Source: Azolla caroliniana
Lineage: Eukaryota > Plantae > Polypodiophyta
DNA: 64,000 bases
Assembly (NCBI GenBank): GCA_043228905.1
Contig: JBHGNT010000001.1
Location: 28,954,001 to 29,018,000 of the forward strand
Direction of reading: 5' to 3'
In this document: positions 33,695 through 45,292 of the stretch, in pieces
Numbering within the stretch: position 1 is the first letter of the stretch
Layout of the letters: the number at the start of each line of letters is the position of its first letter
Translations under genes and position numbers: made by a program
The notes under the pieces: model-generated
Seen by the model: only the letters and a program-made list of their open reading frames with translations
Databases searched by the model: none
What the model was told of the DNA's origin: nothing

Positions 33695-36673
33695 GTGAAA
33701 GCGAGGCGCGAAAAGGTACGTAGTGGGCATTTAAGAGACGCCACGCTACTTAATACTAAATGGGTACACGACGTGTGCATGCTCGAAAAAGGCGCCAAAA
33801 CGCACAAAGAAGAAGCAGAACGCATGGAGACCTTTTCATTTCGCGAGCCAAGAAGCACAGAAGCACCAAGACAGTGGAAGCTGAGCAAACGCGAACCTGC
33901 ACGCAGAGAACCTCCGCGCTCAGAACGCTCTCTCTCTCGCTCTCACTCTCATCACCACTCTACCTCGCCATCTTCCCTCGACCTTGAAGCAGACATGGAA
34001 CCCCAAACGCTGTCGGAAGCGGCCAGGAAATGGTTCAGGCAAAACGGACTGGAGGGGTTCTTGGCCATCATGGAGGCACCGCCGCACAGAGAAGCCGACC
34101 GGGTCATCAAGGAGCTCGCCACAGAGGTCATCACCGAGGAAGCGATCCGCGCGCTAACAGGCCTTCCGGAGGGAGGAATCTTTCAGATCAATAACCCAAC
34201 CTCGGAGCAACTCACCCGATATTTCGGTGAGTACTCTGTTGCCGGCAAAGGCTATCGGACGCAGGGCGGCGAAGATCCGCTATTCAGGGAGATAGCTCGA
34301 GTGCTGCATGAGTACGGTCACGTGTACCCCCGACCCCCTGTCATGCCAAAAAATCGGGCAGGGATGATCATAGCCACATATGAAGGGGTCAAGGTGGACT
34401 GGCCGGTGCTGATTGCAGACGGGCTGTGCATGGCAATCGACATGGTACGAGGGAAGGACGGCAAGGAGGGCCGGAAGCTGTGGCACGCCGTAGCTCAATG
34501 GATAACATTGCTCGTGCCGCCGGTGGAGACCGTCCAGCCAAAGAAGCGGCCAAGAGTATCGGAAGGGAGCACCTCGAAGCCGGCGTCCAAACGACAGCAG
34601 CTGCTGGCGTCGAAGGCGACGAAAGGGAAGAAACGGGCCCCAGAACCGGAGGAGGTGTCACCGGTCCGACCCGTCAAAATAACCTTACGGAGACCAGGAC
34701 AGAAGGAACCGGAACCCTTGACGGCACAGAAACATGCCGTGACACAGGAAGAGGAAACGGAGGAGCCAGAAGAGCACCTCCAACGACGGTCAAGAAGTAG
34801 GACCGCCGAGGCAGGAGGGGAGCGGTCGTACCCGCGAGAGGCAGAGACGCCCCCAACTCAACCTGAGCAAACCACAAGGGAAGAACCGGAACCGGTACGT
34901 AGGGAACCGGTCTTGTCGACTTCTATAGAAGAAGTCAGTCCAACGGCTCCGGAGACGGCGAGAACCGGAACTCAACAGCCGGCGAGCCCAGCCAGAGCAC
35001 ACGGCGGCCAAGGAGTAGAACCAGAACGGCATATGCAGGCAATCAGGCCAGACAATTCCACGATGAATGAGGCGACTCGACCAGTACAGCAACAGGGCAC
35101 CAGTAGCATGTGGCTACGGTGGGTAGGCGAGCAAATCGCCGGAGTGGTCGAGTATATAGAGGCGGAAGAGAGAACGCACCAGGAACGGTTGCTCGTCACA
35201 ACCGTAGATCTAGAGACAGCCCGGTCCAGAATCCGGAGCCTTGAAGAAGACTTGGACAGGATCACAAGGGAAACACAAGTCCAAGCACCGGTGACTCCGG
35301 GCAATGTACAGAATAAAGTATCAAATCAACCTGTACATAGCAATCAGACCCCGGCAACGGAAACCGTTCCGGAGAGAAATGCGGCACAAGCCCAAGAGCT
35401 TGCGGATTTAAAGGATGAGCTTGCTGCCCAAGAAGCGCTGAGGAGCCGCGAAAGAGAATTGAAGACGGCAGCGGAGGCAGAACTCAAAAAGACTGCTGAG
35501 AATCTACGCCGGGCCGAGGAGAGCTTACGGAAAGGCCACCAAGCTTACGACCGGCTCAAGGAGGAAAAGGAGAAAATGCTGCAAGAGAAGGACAAGCTCC
35601 GGAGGAACGCCGAAACAGAAGTAGAGCGCCTGAAAGAGGAACTCCGGCAGGTAAAGGACCGGGAGGACCGGAACAATCGCCAGATCAACGGCAAGCTCAA
35701 ACAAAAAACGGAGGAATTTGAGCAATTGCACCGGGAGTATAAACGGTTGCAAACGGAGCACAAGGAACGGACGGATGAGCTCCGGCAAGCAGTTGATCGG
35801 ACCGCAACCGCATTCGCCAAGGAACAAGCGGAAAACAGAAGACGGTTGGAAGAGGCGGAGAAGGTTCGGACAGAGCTCCTCAGGCAACAGCAGGCGGAAA
35901 AAGAAAGAGCGGCGGAGGTACTGCAGAGGCTGCAAACGACATATCAAGGGCAGCTGACGCGCTACCGAGAGCAGGCGGAGGATACGTCAAATCTCATCAA
36001 GCAGCTGAAGGAGGAGCGACAAGTGGTGGAAAGCAGAGCACAAATGGGAGCAAGTCGCATCCAAGATATCATGCGGGCCTGGTTGAACCAGACCAAGAGC
36101 TTGATCGACAACGGCTCCGTCAAATGGTGGACCAAGTGGGCCACGGACGCGGCGGAACTCCAATTGCTCCGGGCCGACGTAGAGAACCGGCGAAAGGAGG
36201 GAGATGATTGCTATATGCTGACTTCCGAGGACTTCACCGGCATAAGAGATGAGCTTGCCGAAGACTTTCAAGCCTTGGCAGAGGACCAACTAGAGCAAGT
36301 CCGGCAACTTGTAGCTCAGCTAGACGACGACAGGCTGGAGGCGCAGATCCAGTTTGAAAGCTACGAGAGGTCCCGGATCCGGGGAGAGAAAGAACGAGAA
36401 CCAGTTACGGTCAACCTCAGTGATGAGGAACCGTTACTGGAAGGAGACCGGACCGGAAGCAGTCAAACGGAGATGCAGGAGCCAGAGAGACAAACTGAGC
36501 AGCCGGAGTCAGCGAAACAAATGGAGCAGCAGCAGCAAGCAGAGCAGCCGGAGCAACCTCAGTCACAACCGCAATCACAGCAGCAGCAGCAAGCACAGCC
36601 GCAACAACCACAACCGAAAGAACAAGCGGAAATTCTTGAACCAAGTATTTTGGACAATTCGGGTGAACAATGA
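33695..36673 (+). CDS. Additional retrotransposon ORF2: hydrophilic, coiled-coil-like protein of unknown function (992 codons; ATGs at 33779, 33824, 33995)
   Basis: Uninterrupted ORF between pol and the 3' LTR; globular-looking N-terminal domain (ITEEAIRALTGLP...VDWPVLIADGL), basic PKKRPRV and KGKKR, long E/K/Q/R heptad-like region, Q-rich tail. Confidence 0.88.
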   Translation: MKARREKVRSGHLRDATLLNTKWVHDVCMLEKGAKTHKEEAERMETFSFREPRSTEAPRQWKLSKREPARREPPRSERSLSRSHSHHHSTSPSSLDLEADMEPQTLSEAARKWFRQNGLEGFLAIMEAPPHREADRVIKELATEVITEEAIRALTGLPEGGIFQINNPTSEQLTRYFGEYSVAGKGYRTQGGEDPLFREIARVLHEYGHVYPRPPVMPKNRAGMIIATYEGVKVDWPVLIADGLCMAIDMVRGKDGKEGRKLWHAVAQWITLLVPPVETVQPKKRPRVSEGSTSKPASKRQQLLASKATKGKKRAPEPEEVSPVRPVKITLRRPGQKEPEPLTAQKHAVTQEEETEEPEEHLQRRSRSRTAEAGGERSYPREAETPPTQPEQTTREEPEPVRREPVLSTSIEEVSPTAPETARTGTQQPASPARAHGGQGVEPERHMQAIRPDNSTMNEATRPVQQQGTSSMWLRWVGEQIAGVVEYIEAEERTHQERLLVTTVDLETARSRIRSLEEDLDRITRETQVQAPVTPGNVQNKVSNQPVHSNQTPATETVPERNAAQAQELADLKDELAAQEALRSRERELKTAAEAELKKTAENLRRAEESLRKGHQAYDRLKEEKEKMLQEKDKLRRNAETEVERLKEELRQVKDREDRNNRQINGKLKQKTEEFEQLHREYKRLQTEHKERTDELRQAVDRTATAFAKEQAENRRRLEEAEKVRTELLRQQQAEKERAAEVLQRLQTTYQGQLTRYREQAEDTSNLIKQLKEERQVVESRAQMGASRIQDIMRAWLNQTKSLIDNGSVKWWTKWATDAAELQLLRADVENRRKEGDDCYMLTSEDFTGIRDELAEDFQALAEDQLEQVRQLVAQLDDDRLEAQIQFESYERSRIRGEKEREPVTVNLSDEEPLLEGDRTGSSQTEMQEPERQTEQPESAKQMEQQQQAEQPEQPQSQPQSQQQQQAQPQQPQPKEQAEILEPSILDNSGEQ

Positions 36674-36725
36674 AGGGGCCGAGAAGGGTTCGACGTACAA
36701 GGTACTGTCCCACGGGCGTGCCATG

Positions 36726-37136
36726 TGTTACCGGCCGGCAAGGAGTCCAAAATACGGAATTAATTATATATGGTTGTAAATGAGGATAGTGTGGACGGAC
36801 GGACTGGAAACGGTATGCCGTTCCAGATCCGGACGGATCCCGAATAGGTGCGAGGGGCACCGTTTTGTACTACGGGCCGGAAACCTATTTAAAGGCCCGG
36901 ACCCTATTGTAATGACAGCGGATAATTAATAGAGCTTATGATGTTTGTACTTCTGTCTTGATTTCCGTTCTGTAATCACTGTTATATCTTACGCGTGTAA
37001 TTAACCAAGCAATCTAATCGTGTAACCTACGTAAGTCGGTGTAATCGTTGAATCTTAATCCTATGCCGTAATCACCCTTTGGTGAAGTGTCTCCGTGACA
37101 CCTTGTGTTAGGCCTTGTCCGGCTAAGCGAATAACA
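36726..37136 (+). repeat. 3' LTR (411 bp)
   Basis: Identical to the 5' LTR by eye except one extra C in TGTTACCGG. Confidence 0.97.
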
Positions 37137-37222
37137 AAATTTACAGAATACAAAGACCTTCGTCCTCAAGAATATAACAGTTTCTAACCAAATGTATAAG
37201 ATCTTACCACCCTCGGTCATAT

Positions 37223-40200
37223 TCAGGACTTTGAAGACATCTTTCTCTCCATGGTCCAATAGAGCACAAGCCCAAAACCCATGAGCGACATAACTACAGT
37301 CTGCAAAGAAGAAAGAAGAAACAGATCATACATACATACACATACACATTTACATACACACACTTGAATATATAAAACGAAATCTGAACTCACAGAAATA
37401 GCTGCAGGCAATCCCACAAGTGGGTCAACGAAAAATTTATTTGCAAGGGCAAGGCCGAGAAGACTACTTTGCATCCCTGATAGATTAAAAATATAGATGA
37501 CTTGTGAGAAAATGTATATAGTGAGAGGTTGATCGAGATGCATGCAGCCAAACTTAACCGAAAAAAAAACCAAACTGGATTTGTAATGTGAGCAATTTCA
37601 TTTACAGATGAACTATAGTTCCATAAACACATCCACATATCCTACAAGTTCACAGGAGATAATCTATCAAAACTCGAATACTCTAATTATATAGATCAAG
37701 AACAAGCATAAATTCATCCACAAGGTCACAATCTCATACACACATGGGAACATACATTATAGCATGTGACTTGTTACCCATGTATGCTATTAGTTCAATG
37801 TCAATACTTTTACCAATTAGCAAGGACAAACACATAATACGTATATATCAAATACCTATCTCAAAGGATATGGTTTTCTGCATGTTTCTTTGATGTGAGC
37901 TCTTCCAAAATACAACCCCAGGTAAGTAGAATCCGAATAGGAAACCTGTGGCATGGAAACCAATAACAACCACCAGAACTGCCAACCCAAAGGGAGACTT
38001 CAAAGCGTCAACATTCATAGCCAATGGAGAGCCTATACATAGACTGGTAATGAAAACTGAAAGAGCTGGCATCAATGGCCTTATACTTCCTGATATGGTT
38101 GCTGCAAATCTGATATGATAAACAGAAATATTCATAGTTAGATATATTCATTGCAGAGCTCCAGTTTTGAACCAAAACCATGTCAAACTCAAGGCAATAA
38201 AACAATGTTAATTTTCAAGATCCATGTCGTGGAAATCTTATTAACACCAGTACTTAAGATCAAGAATCAAGACAGGGAAAAATGATTAAAACATACTAGA
38301 TGTATTAGAAACTCAAAAAATATAATTGCTTATTTCCAAAATTATGTATGTATGTGTATATATATAGTGTTGGGTCAACGTATAGGATCCTAATCACAAG
38401 AGAACTAGCATTAAACACAATGTGTTGCCCAGGTAATACATGCTGCCTCATTGTATAAGAATTAACAGTACGGCTACAAAACCAATAGAAAAACTTGCCA
38501 AGAGGAAGTATTTAAGGAAACATATGCTACTCTTTAGATATATGGTCCATTGACCTTTGTGGTTCACAAAAGTACCAAAAGATTATTTCAAAGAATGATA
38601 TTCAATCCTCCATTCACTTCGGTTGTACATATTGTATGACACCTTATGAAATGACTTTTAGAATGATGTTTTTGTTATCTAAGCATGTCTTGACACACTA
38701 ACAAGAGATTGTGATGAATGGAGCACTTTCCTCCAAAACCATTTGGCAAATAGAAATTTAGGCTTTACAAGATCAATGAAGGGTCTGACGACTATCCCAA
38801 AGCAGTTCTAAAGTTCACATTATACATATCTGATCAGTCGGTTTTAGAGGGATTGGTGTGAAAGATACAGTCTGACTGAAAAGTTGATATCATTGGCACC
38901 AAAATCATTCATTTCGTCAGTGGATTAGTGTGCTTTTGTCTGGCACTGGCAAACAGGGATCCTGAGAAGCAATCTCAAAAAACATGGAAAAAGGTTGAGA
39001 GGGAACAACATAGCATAAATGTTGCTGGGCATTGTCCTAACTGGTATGATTTCAACTCTAGATCATCCATGGATGGAAGATTGAAAATATCTTTTAAAAA
39101 TGCAAAAAAAAAATTTGCAGGTAAAAAAAAGTATTAGCTTACATATTTGATACGGAAATCTGCCAATAGATGGGAAAAACTTTGAAGTTTTCTCCCTTCA
39201 GATCAAGAGAAAAATAGAGTTTGTCTAGTTATACAACTAAAGACCAAAAGTTAGCATTATACGGCCCTGAACTTACTTGTTTATCACAATTCCAGCAGCA
39301 ATAGGACCCACCACAATCTGAGTAATATTGATGATCATTCCATAAGCATCTATTGGCAGTCGTTTCCCTAGCAGTACCGATGTAAGAGCTGGCGTCACAA
39401 ATACAGCTGTTGCTGTTGAAAGAGAAGTCATCACAATACTCAGTGGAGCCATAGTTGGCTCCACCAAAAATGTTGCATAATTAGAAAGCTGTGCACCACT
39501 GACGCAAGAAACTAGAATTATCCCAGTCCCTAAGATGTAAGCAGAGAAATTTCTCTATTTCTGTCTCTTTTTTTTCATGAAAAATCGCTGCATTCATGCT
39601 CTCTCTCCCTCCCTCTCCTCTCTCTGCTTTATTTTACCAGTCTTCTATATGATTCACATCAACATAACATTTGGCCTCATAAACCACTTCCGAGGAAGCT
39701 TCCACTGTCTCATATGGGTCAGAAGATTTAGAGCAGCTCTATTATCAGATGTTTGGAGATGTTTTACTAGAGATCTGTGGATTAAGAGAATCTCTCTTAA
39801 AGAATAAACGGCCAACAGAACTTGTACAAAGGCAAATGTTAGTTTTCACCAGATGGTCATGTCAAGAGACCTCAGACCAAGCATAATCAGCACCTTCTAG
39901 TGGGATATTGCTTGAGGCAGCAATCCATTTTGTTCATTCCAGATGGCCAAGGATACTTAGTTTTTCAGATTTAACCTGCATCAGAGGATACATTGCATCA
40001 TTGACTGATATCAAGAATGATCACCCAGGTGGTTCACTAGGACATGTTATATGGCATCATCCAATGCGAGAGTTTAATGGTTGATCCACTCACAGTCTGG
40101 ATCTAACAGATATGTATTTATTTTGTACATTGCATCCTCCACATTTTTGTAATCCGCAGTCCTTATTAGTGTCTATTCATCAGAGGCTAATTACATAAAG

Positions 40201-43200
40201 TAATATCCAGTTTAGGCACGATTTGATTTTGCTTTAAGTTACCAGACTTGTATAAGATTCACACAGATGTAACATTGACCTCATAGACCACTTTGGACTT
40301 TAATTTACCAGACTTGTATAAGATTCACACAGATGTAACACTGACCTCATAGCGTTTCATTTCATTTCTCTCTTTCTTTTCATAATGGGTACCTGTGTTA
40401 ATTACTATGTTGCGTAAAGGTCAACAAAACAACTACATGTGCCTAAGAAAGAAATCAAAGAGATGGCTGCATGAAATTATGTCATAGATATAAACACATC
40501 AATCCACAGGTAACAAACTCCCAAATGTACACGGATACAAGTGGCAATTTGTTTTGCATTCTCAATGATGCAAGGGGCCACCAAAATATCAACGATGGAT
40601 GAACCTCAGTTTGTACAGTAGGCGGAGACCAGAAGATCATGTTTTCAACACCTAGATTCCAGTATCATCTAGTAAAGTAGTGCATAGAGTAAGGTTTGAG
40701 CCCAGGTCCATGACTTGAAATCTTGGCTTACCAAGTAGAACCATAATACGAAAACAAACAAAAAATCCATATGATGCATAGGATATTGAGTCACCTTACA
40801 CGTGGGTTCTAATATGCAGAGGGAGTCTAAATATCTATGTGATAATCTGTTGTTTCCCACTCAGTCTTCACAGTTTGCAATGCATAGATAAACAGAACAT
40901 TCAAAAAGCTATTATACACTCGCAATCTATTTTCATCATTTTCAAATGTCTCAGAGGGATGGAAAAGGTCCAAAACAATAACCATTCTAGTTTTCAGAAT
41001 AACAGTCATACCTATTGCTTGTGGAAGATGCAAATAAGAGACTGCCAAACTTGCAAAAAAAACACCAAGTAATGGCTTTAAGATAAATTGACCCAAGTAC
41101 CCGACCATTATCACTCCCGGTCTTTGCAACGAGAGGATAAAATCTGATGCTTCAAAATTAATACCTACAGCAAACATCAAGAATCCAAGTGCTGGTGCAT
41201 AATATCTGCAATGAACAACATGTGAAGGCTTATTTTATTGACTAAAATATTTAAAGTTAAACTGTGCCAAAAATTCCTGTGGAGATCATTTCAACAGATG
41301 AAAAATACTTTGCAAGCTGGCTCAATATTGCTTCCTAGTCCGAATAAAGGCCATTTAGAAGGTTGTTAATCTACCATTTGTGTCTAGTTTTCAATCAATT
41401 TAATGCTTTCACACGTTCTTTTATGACCTTGACCACAACCATATACTGTAAGACGGCATTATCTCATGTATACAAATACGCATCAGATCTATTAATTCTC
41501 TAGAAGCATGATGCAATATGCCATATGATAAACAATTTCAAAGATAGTTCGCTAAAGAGATTCAAGTGAATGTATTATTCAAAAGCTATGACAATTAAAT
41601 GTTGGCATCTTTCAGAAAATGCTCTTTAAAAGAGTATAGTCAACAATAAATGGACTAGTTGATAACATATTTCATGCATATTTCCATGAAGCAAACCAAG
41701 TAAGAGATTCTGTGGAATATGAAAGCACACAACTATAGATGCAGGTACGATTTTATCAGAAAAAGCCATGGTTGATTAATTGATTGATTGATTTTTAATA
41801 TCCATAGATGACCAATTGCGATCTATGAGATGGGGCCTAGCCCATGTGAGGATCAAACTTGGGTTCTCGCATTTTATTAAGATAATCTCCTTGGCATCAT
41901 ATGTAAACATCTTTCATCTTACAATCAACTTCCCAATCATGTCCCAAAACAGGTGGTTCTCCTAGACACTGATACGACCTTGTGTTTTGTTATGGTAAAT
42001 TTGAGTGAGAAAAGGAAAATCATAAAGGAAATTTCAAAATCCCAAGTTATAGAAGAAATCAACCTGTTGGTGAACCATGTAAAACAAGGTGGAAACACAA
42101 ATGCCAGTACAGTGCTTGCCATTATGACTTGAGGAAGGAAAGAACTTGCATTTTGGATAATATTCCACGCTTTGCCATTTGGAGTCCTTTCAAAAGTCTG
42201 CCAAAATCAGTTCTGGACTGCAATGACAAAACATATATTGTATAAAGCAACTCCTCTGCTACAAAGAATTTGAAAAAAAAAATCTGTTTCTTTTTTCTTG
42301 ATCAGCACATCAACTTGTTATACAAGTAGGATAATAATATAAAACTATCAAAGCTTTCCCAAACAACTGCTCTCAGAAGCTGATTTCAAGGAAGATATGA
42401 CCGATTTAAGGAGCACATAAATAGATACGTCAGCCTCGAAGCCCATCTGCATTCACAGTATCAGGATGTCTTCACATAAGAGTAAATTACCATTCTTTGT
42501 CTATATGAAGGAAAACAGAAACATGCACTGCATGCAACAAAGATGTATGATGTCATCCCTAGTCCCACCAAGGAAGGAGGTACCCACAAATGGAGACTAT
42601 GAAATCCAGCACATCTCTATTTATGGATATTTTTATTAAAAGGTCTATATGTATAGTTCTTCACTGTATGAAGGTTTCCATCATATGACTCTTTATGCCC
42701 TTCTAACAAATCAATAAAACTTTGAAATGCTTTGTTTGAAATGCAGCCACAAACTCTATATTTAAGGATGAAACGAATAGTTGTGCTGCATTTGTGTATG
42801 ATACTTGTGCACAATTCTTCCCTCTCTTATGGGGTACCAAAGATCAATTCACCACTAAATTTACTGAACATTTTGGTTATATTCAATAAAGTTTTTTCTG
42901 CAATGTGTACTTGAAGAACGTTATACTGGGAACTATAAGTTCATTGCTCTATGATGTAATAGAGGAGCTCGTATTTTCATCGTATGGGTTTTTAACAGCT
43001 CGTACATTCATCCAAACCATAGATTTACACACACATTGCAAACGGAATTGAATATAAACAAAGGCAGTTGATGTTGTTACCTTAGGGTTACTATTTCAAT
43101 GAGTAAAAGCACCATTCTCAAGAGGCAGCATCTGACAAAGAAAGTAAAAGTGGGAACCTAAAAGGAAACAGCTTGTATGGACAAAAAGACAGATCCAAGG

Positions 43201-43996
43201 CACCTTTTCTTTAGGCAGTTCTCCTCCATTCTGACCAGACAAGGAAGAAGAAGAAAAAGAAACTGGACAAATCCTTCTACTGCATCGATACAAACGTGGC
43301 AATGGGACACCTGATTTGTTGCACTCTTAGATTTCCTTTTCCAACGCTTAAAATCCTATTCCAAATGCTTAAAATTTTCTCTTCAAATGCTCAAACGGTC
43401 CTATTCATATGCTCGTTCAAAAGCTTAAATTGTGCCGTGAAAGTAATAACAGTACATATGCTTAAATTCTGTATAATCATGGTTGGCATGAAGAAAATTA
43501 TCGTTTCTAGATCTACTGTGAGGCTCAATACCGTGTAGTTTATATTTATATGACTATGAAGATTTTCGGTTGATCTTTATGAGCGCCAATCCTTAGATTC
43601 ACATACTCGAATTCTCACACATTGCATTCTTAAAATTTCCTTTCAAATCCTTAGATTCCCTTTCTCTAAATTGCTTAAATTTTTAATTTGCCAAATGCTC
43701 AAAATAACTTCTTTATTCATATGAACAATTTGCAATATGGGAAAACTTAACCTGTATCCAATTTCTCATTTTCCCATTTAAAAACAATAATCTCTTTCAA
43801 AATGATCAAAAATCCATTATCACATAACCAAAAACCCAAATAAGATTGATCTAAACTTACTTGAACCGAAAAAGTAGGACTGTGGAGAGGGAAGGCGAAG
43901 GAGATGGAGATGGAGACGGTGGGAAGAAGGGAGAGTTGCAAAATATCTTATAGAGCAATGTTTATCAACAGGTGAAGCTCTGCACAGGAGAGCCAT
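37223..43996 (-). CDS. BASS5/6: Plastid bile acid:sodium symporter family transporter, BASS5/BASS6-like, 412 aa, 8 exons
   Basis: Exons 43996-43861, 43310-43204, 42197-42064, 41205-41012, 39529-39277, 38109-37856, 37476-37394, 37300-37223 (GT-AG, phases consistent); motifs YYAPALGFLMFAVG, LVSCVSGAQLSNYATF, GMQSSLLGLALA and TVVMSLMG; Ser/Arg-rich transit-peptide-like N-terminus. Confidence 0.93.
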
Positions 43997-45057
43997 AGCT
44001 GTGGGAAGTTCTTCTTTTTCGCCTTCTTCTTCGTTATCGAGAGAGAGAGAGAGAGGGTGTGGAATGATTATTTCTCCTTGAATTGTAGAGAGTGCGAGTG
44101 TGTGTGGGGAGGGAGGGGGGCGTACGTTTGCGTTTGCGTTTGCGTTTGCGTTTGTATGAGAATGATTTCAATTTTTAAATATCAGGGGAGATTCTACAAA
44201 TTTCCACAAACTACATACATATATTTATTTTCCAATGTCATGGAGGTCAATATTTTTTTGTATGCCACGCAAAGGTTGCGATTTCGATCGAGTTTTTGGC
44301 TACTACTAGGAATAATTTTTACGCATACTTCTTCATTAATTTGAATCACAAACATGCACTTAGAAACATGTGATTCCTTCCACCCTGCATTCACAAATTT
44401 CATATTGTGTATTATATATTCGATCATCGTCTTCAAAATGTCTTTTGTTAACTAGAATGCATGAGTTAGTTGTGTTTCCCTCGCATATCTTTGTTTAATC
44501 TAGTGCATGGCTTCATATATGAGCAAGACCATTACATGCTAATGTACGATACGAAAATACTACCTTCAACAGACATTTTTTGTATACATCTACAATTTAC
44601 CTTATTTATATTCTGAAAGTCAAATGGTTTTGCAAAATTACTAACAAAGCTTCTAGTTTTTAACGTAATGATACAATTGAGGGTTTGGGTCTTCTGAGAC
44701 AAGTTTGATGTTCCCCGCATTTGTTGGTATTCATAACTTCTTTGACAAGTTTGAGAATGCAACGACACGTGTGTCATAGAGGACAACCAAAGATGAATGT
44801 AGGTTTGGTGTGAATATCAGCAATAACGTTAAAGTTGTGTTTTTTAGTACCCCAAAAGGAAGAAAACGGAAGTGCATATAATCGTTCATATAGTGAGTGC
44901 ATATAATCAAGGAAAAGAGATAGATTGATCATATATTTACCTTGAGGGGGAACATTCTAGAGGAATCAAAGGAATACTGTAAGGGTAATGATCTATGATA
45001 AAAGATTAAGGGGTGTAGGTAAGAGGAGCTAATGTTGGGGCCCCAAACATGAACGTT

Positions 45058-45274
45058 TTATTTTTATTTTTAAAGAAGATATATTGTCATTAGTGTAAAC
45101 ATTTTACAATATTTTAAACATTTTATACAAGGATTCGGCGGGGGAAACAACCATTTCGAAGGTTGAAAATGGTTGTTTCGTCGTAATTGGATGTCACGAA
45201 TGGAGTACTTGTTCAGACGATAAGAAACTCATGTCGTTGAGCAATTTTAGCATCAAAATCTCCAACTATACCAT
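45058..45274 (-). mobile_element. 5'-truncated LINE 3' end (reverse orientation)
   Basis: T-rich tail on the left; 16-bp TSD cccaaacatgaacgtt (45042-45057 and 45275-45290); reverse complement matches 46160-46255. Confidence 0.75.
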
Positions 45275-45292
45275 CCCAAACATGAACGTTGT

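Larger units (their letters stand above)
27323..37136 (+). mobile_element. Full-length Ty3/gypsy LTR retrotransposon, Athila-like non-chromovirus, with an extra 3' ORF
   Basis: LTRs 27323-27732 and 36726-37136, TG...CA, TSD AAATT (27318-27322 and 37137-37141), PBS TGGCGACCAC, intact gag-pol plus a second long ORF. Confidence 0.97.

Noticed and set aside
33695-36673. Calling ORF2 an env gene and the element an endogenous retrovirus
   Set aside because: The position fits, but no signal peptide, membrane span or fusion-type motif is visible.
27809-36860. Numerous 60-160 aa overlapping or antisense ORFs within the gypsy element
   Set aside because: Expected by-products of two long GC-rich coding frames; no motifs recognised.
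40239-40352. ~48-bp direct repeat in a BASS intron
   Set aside because: Simple local duplication with no element hallmarks.
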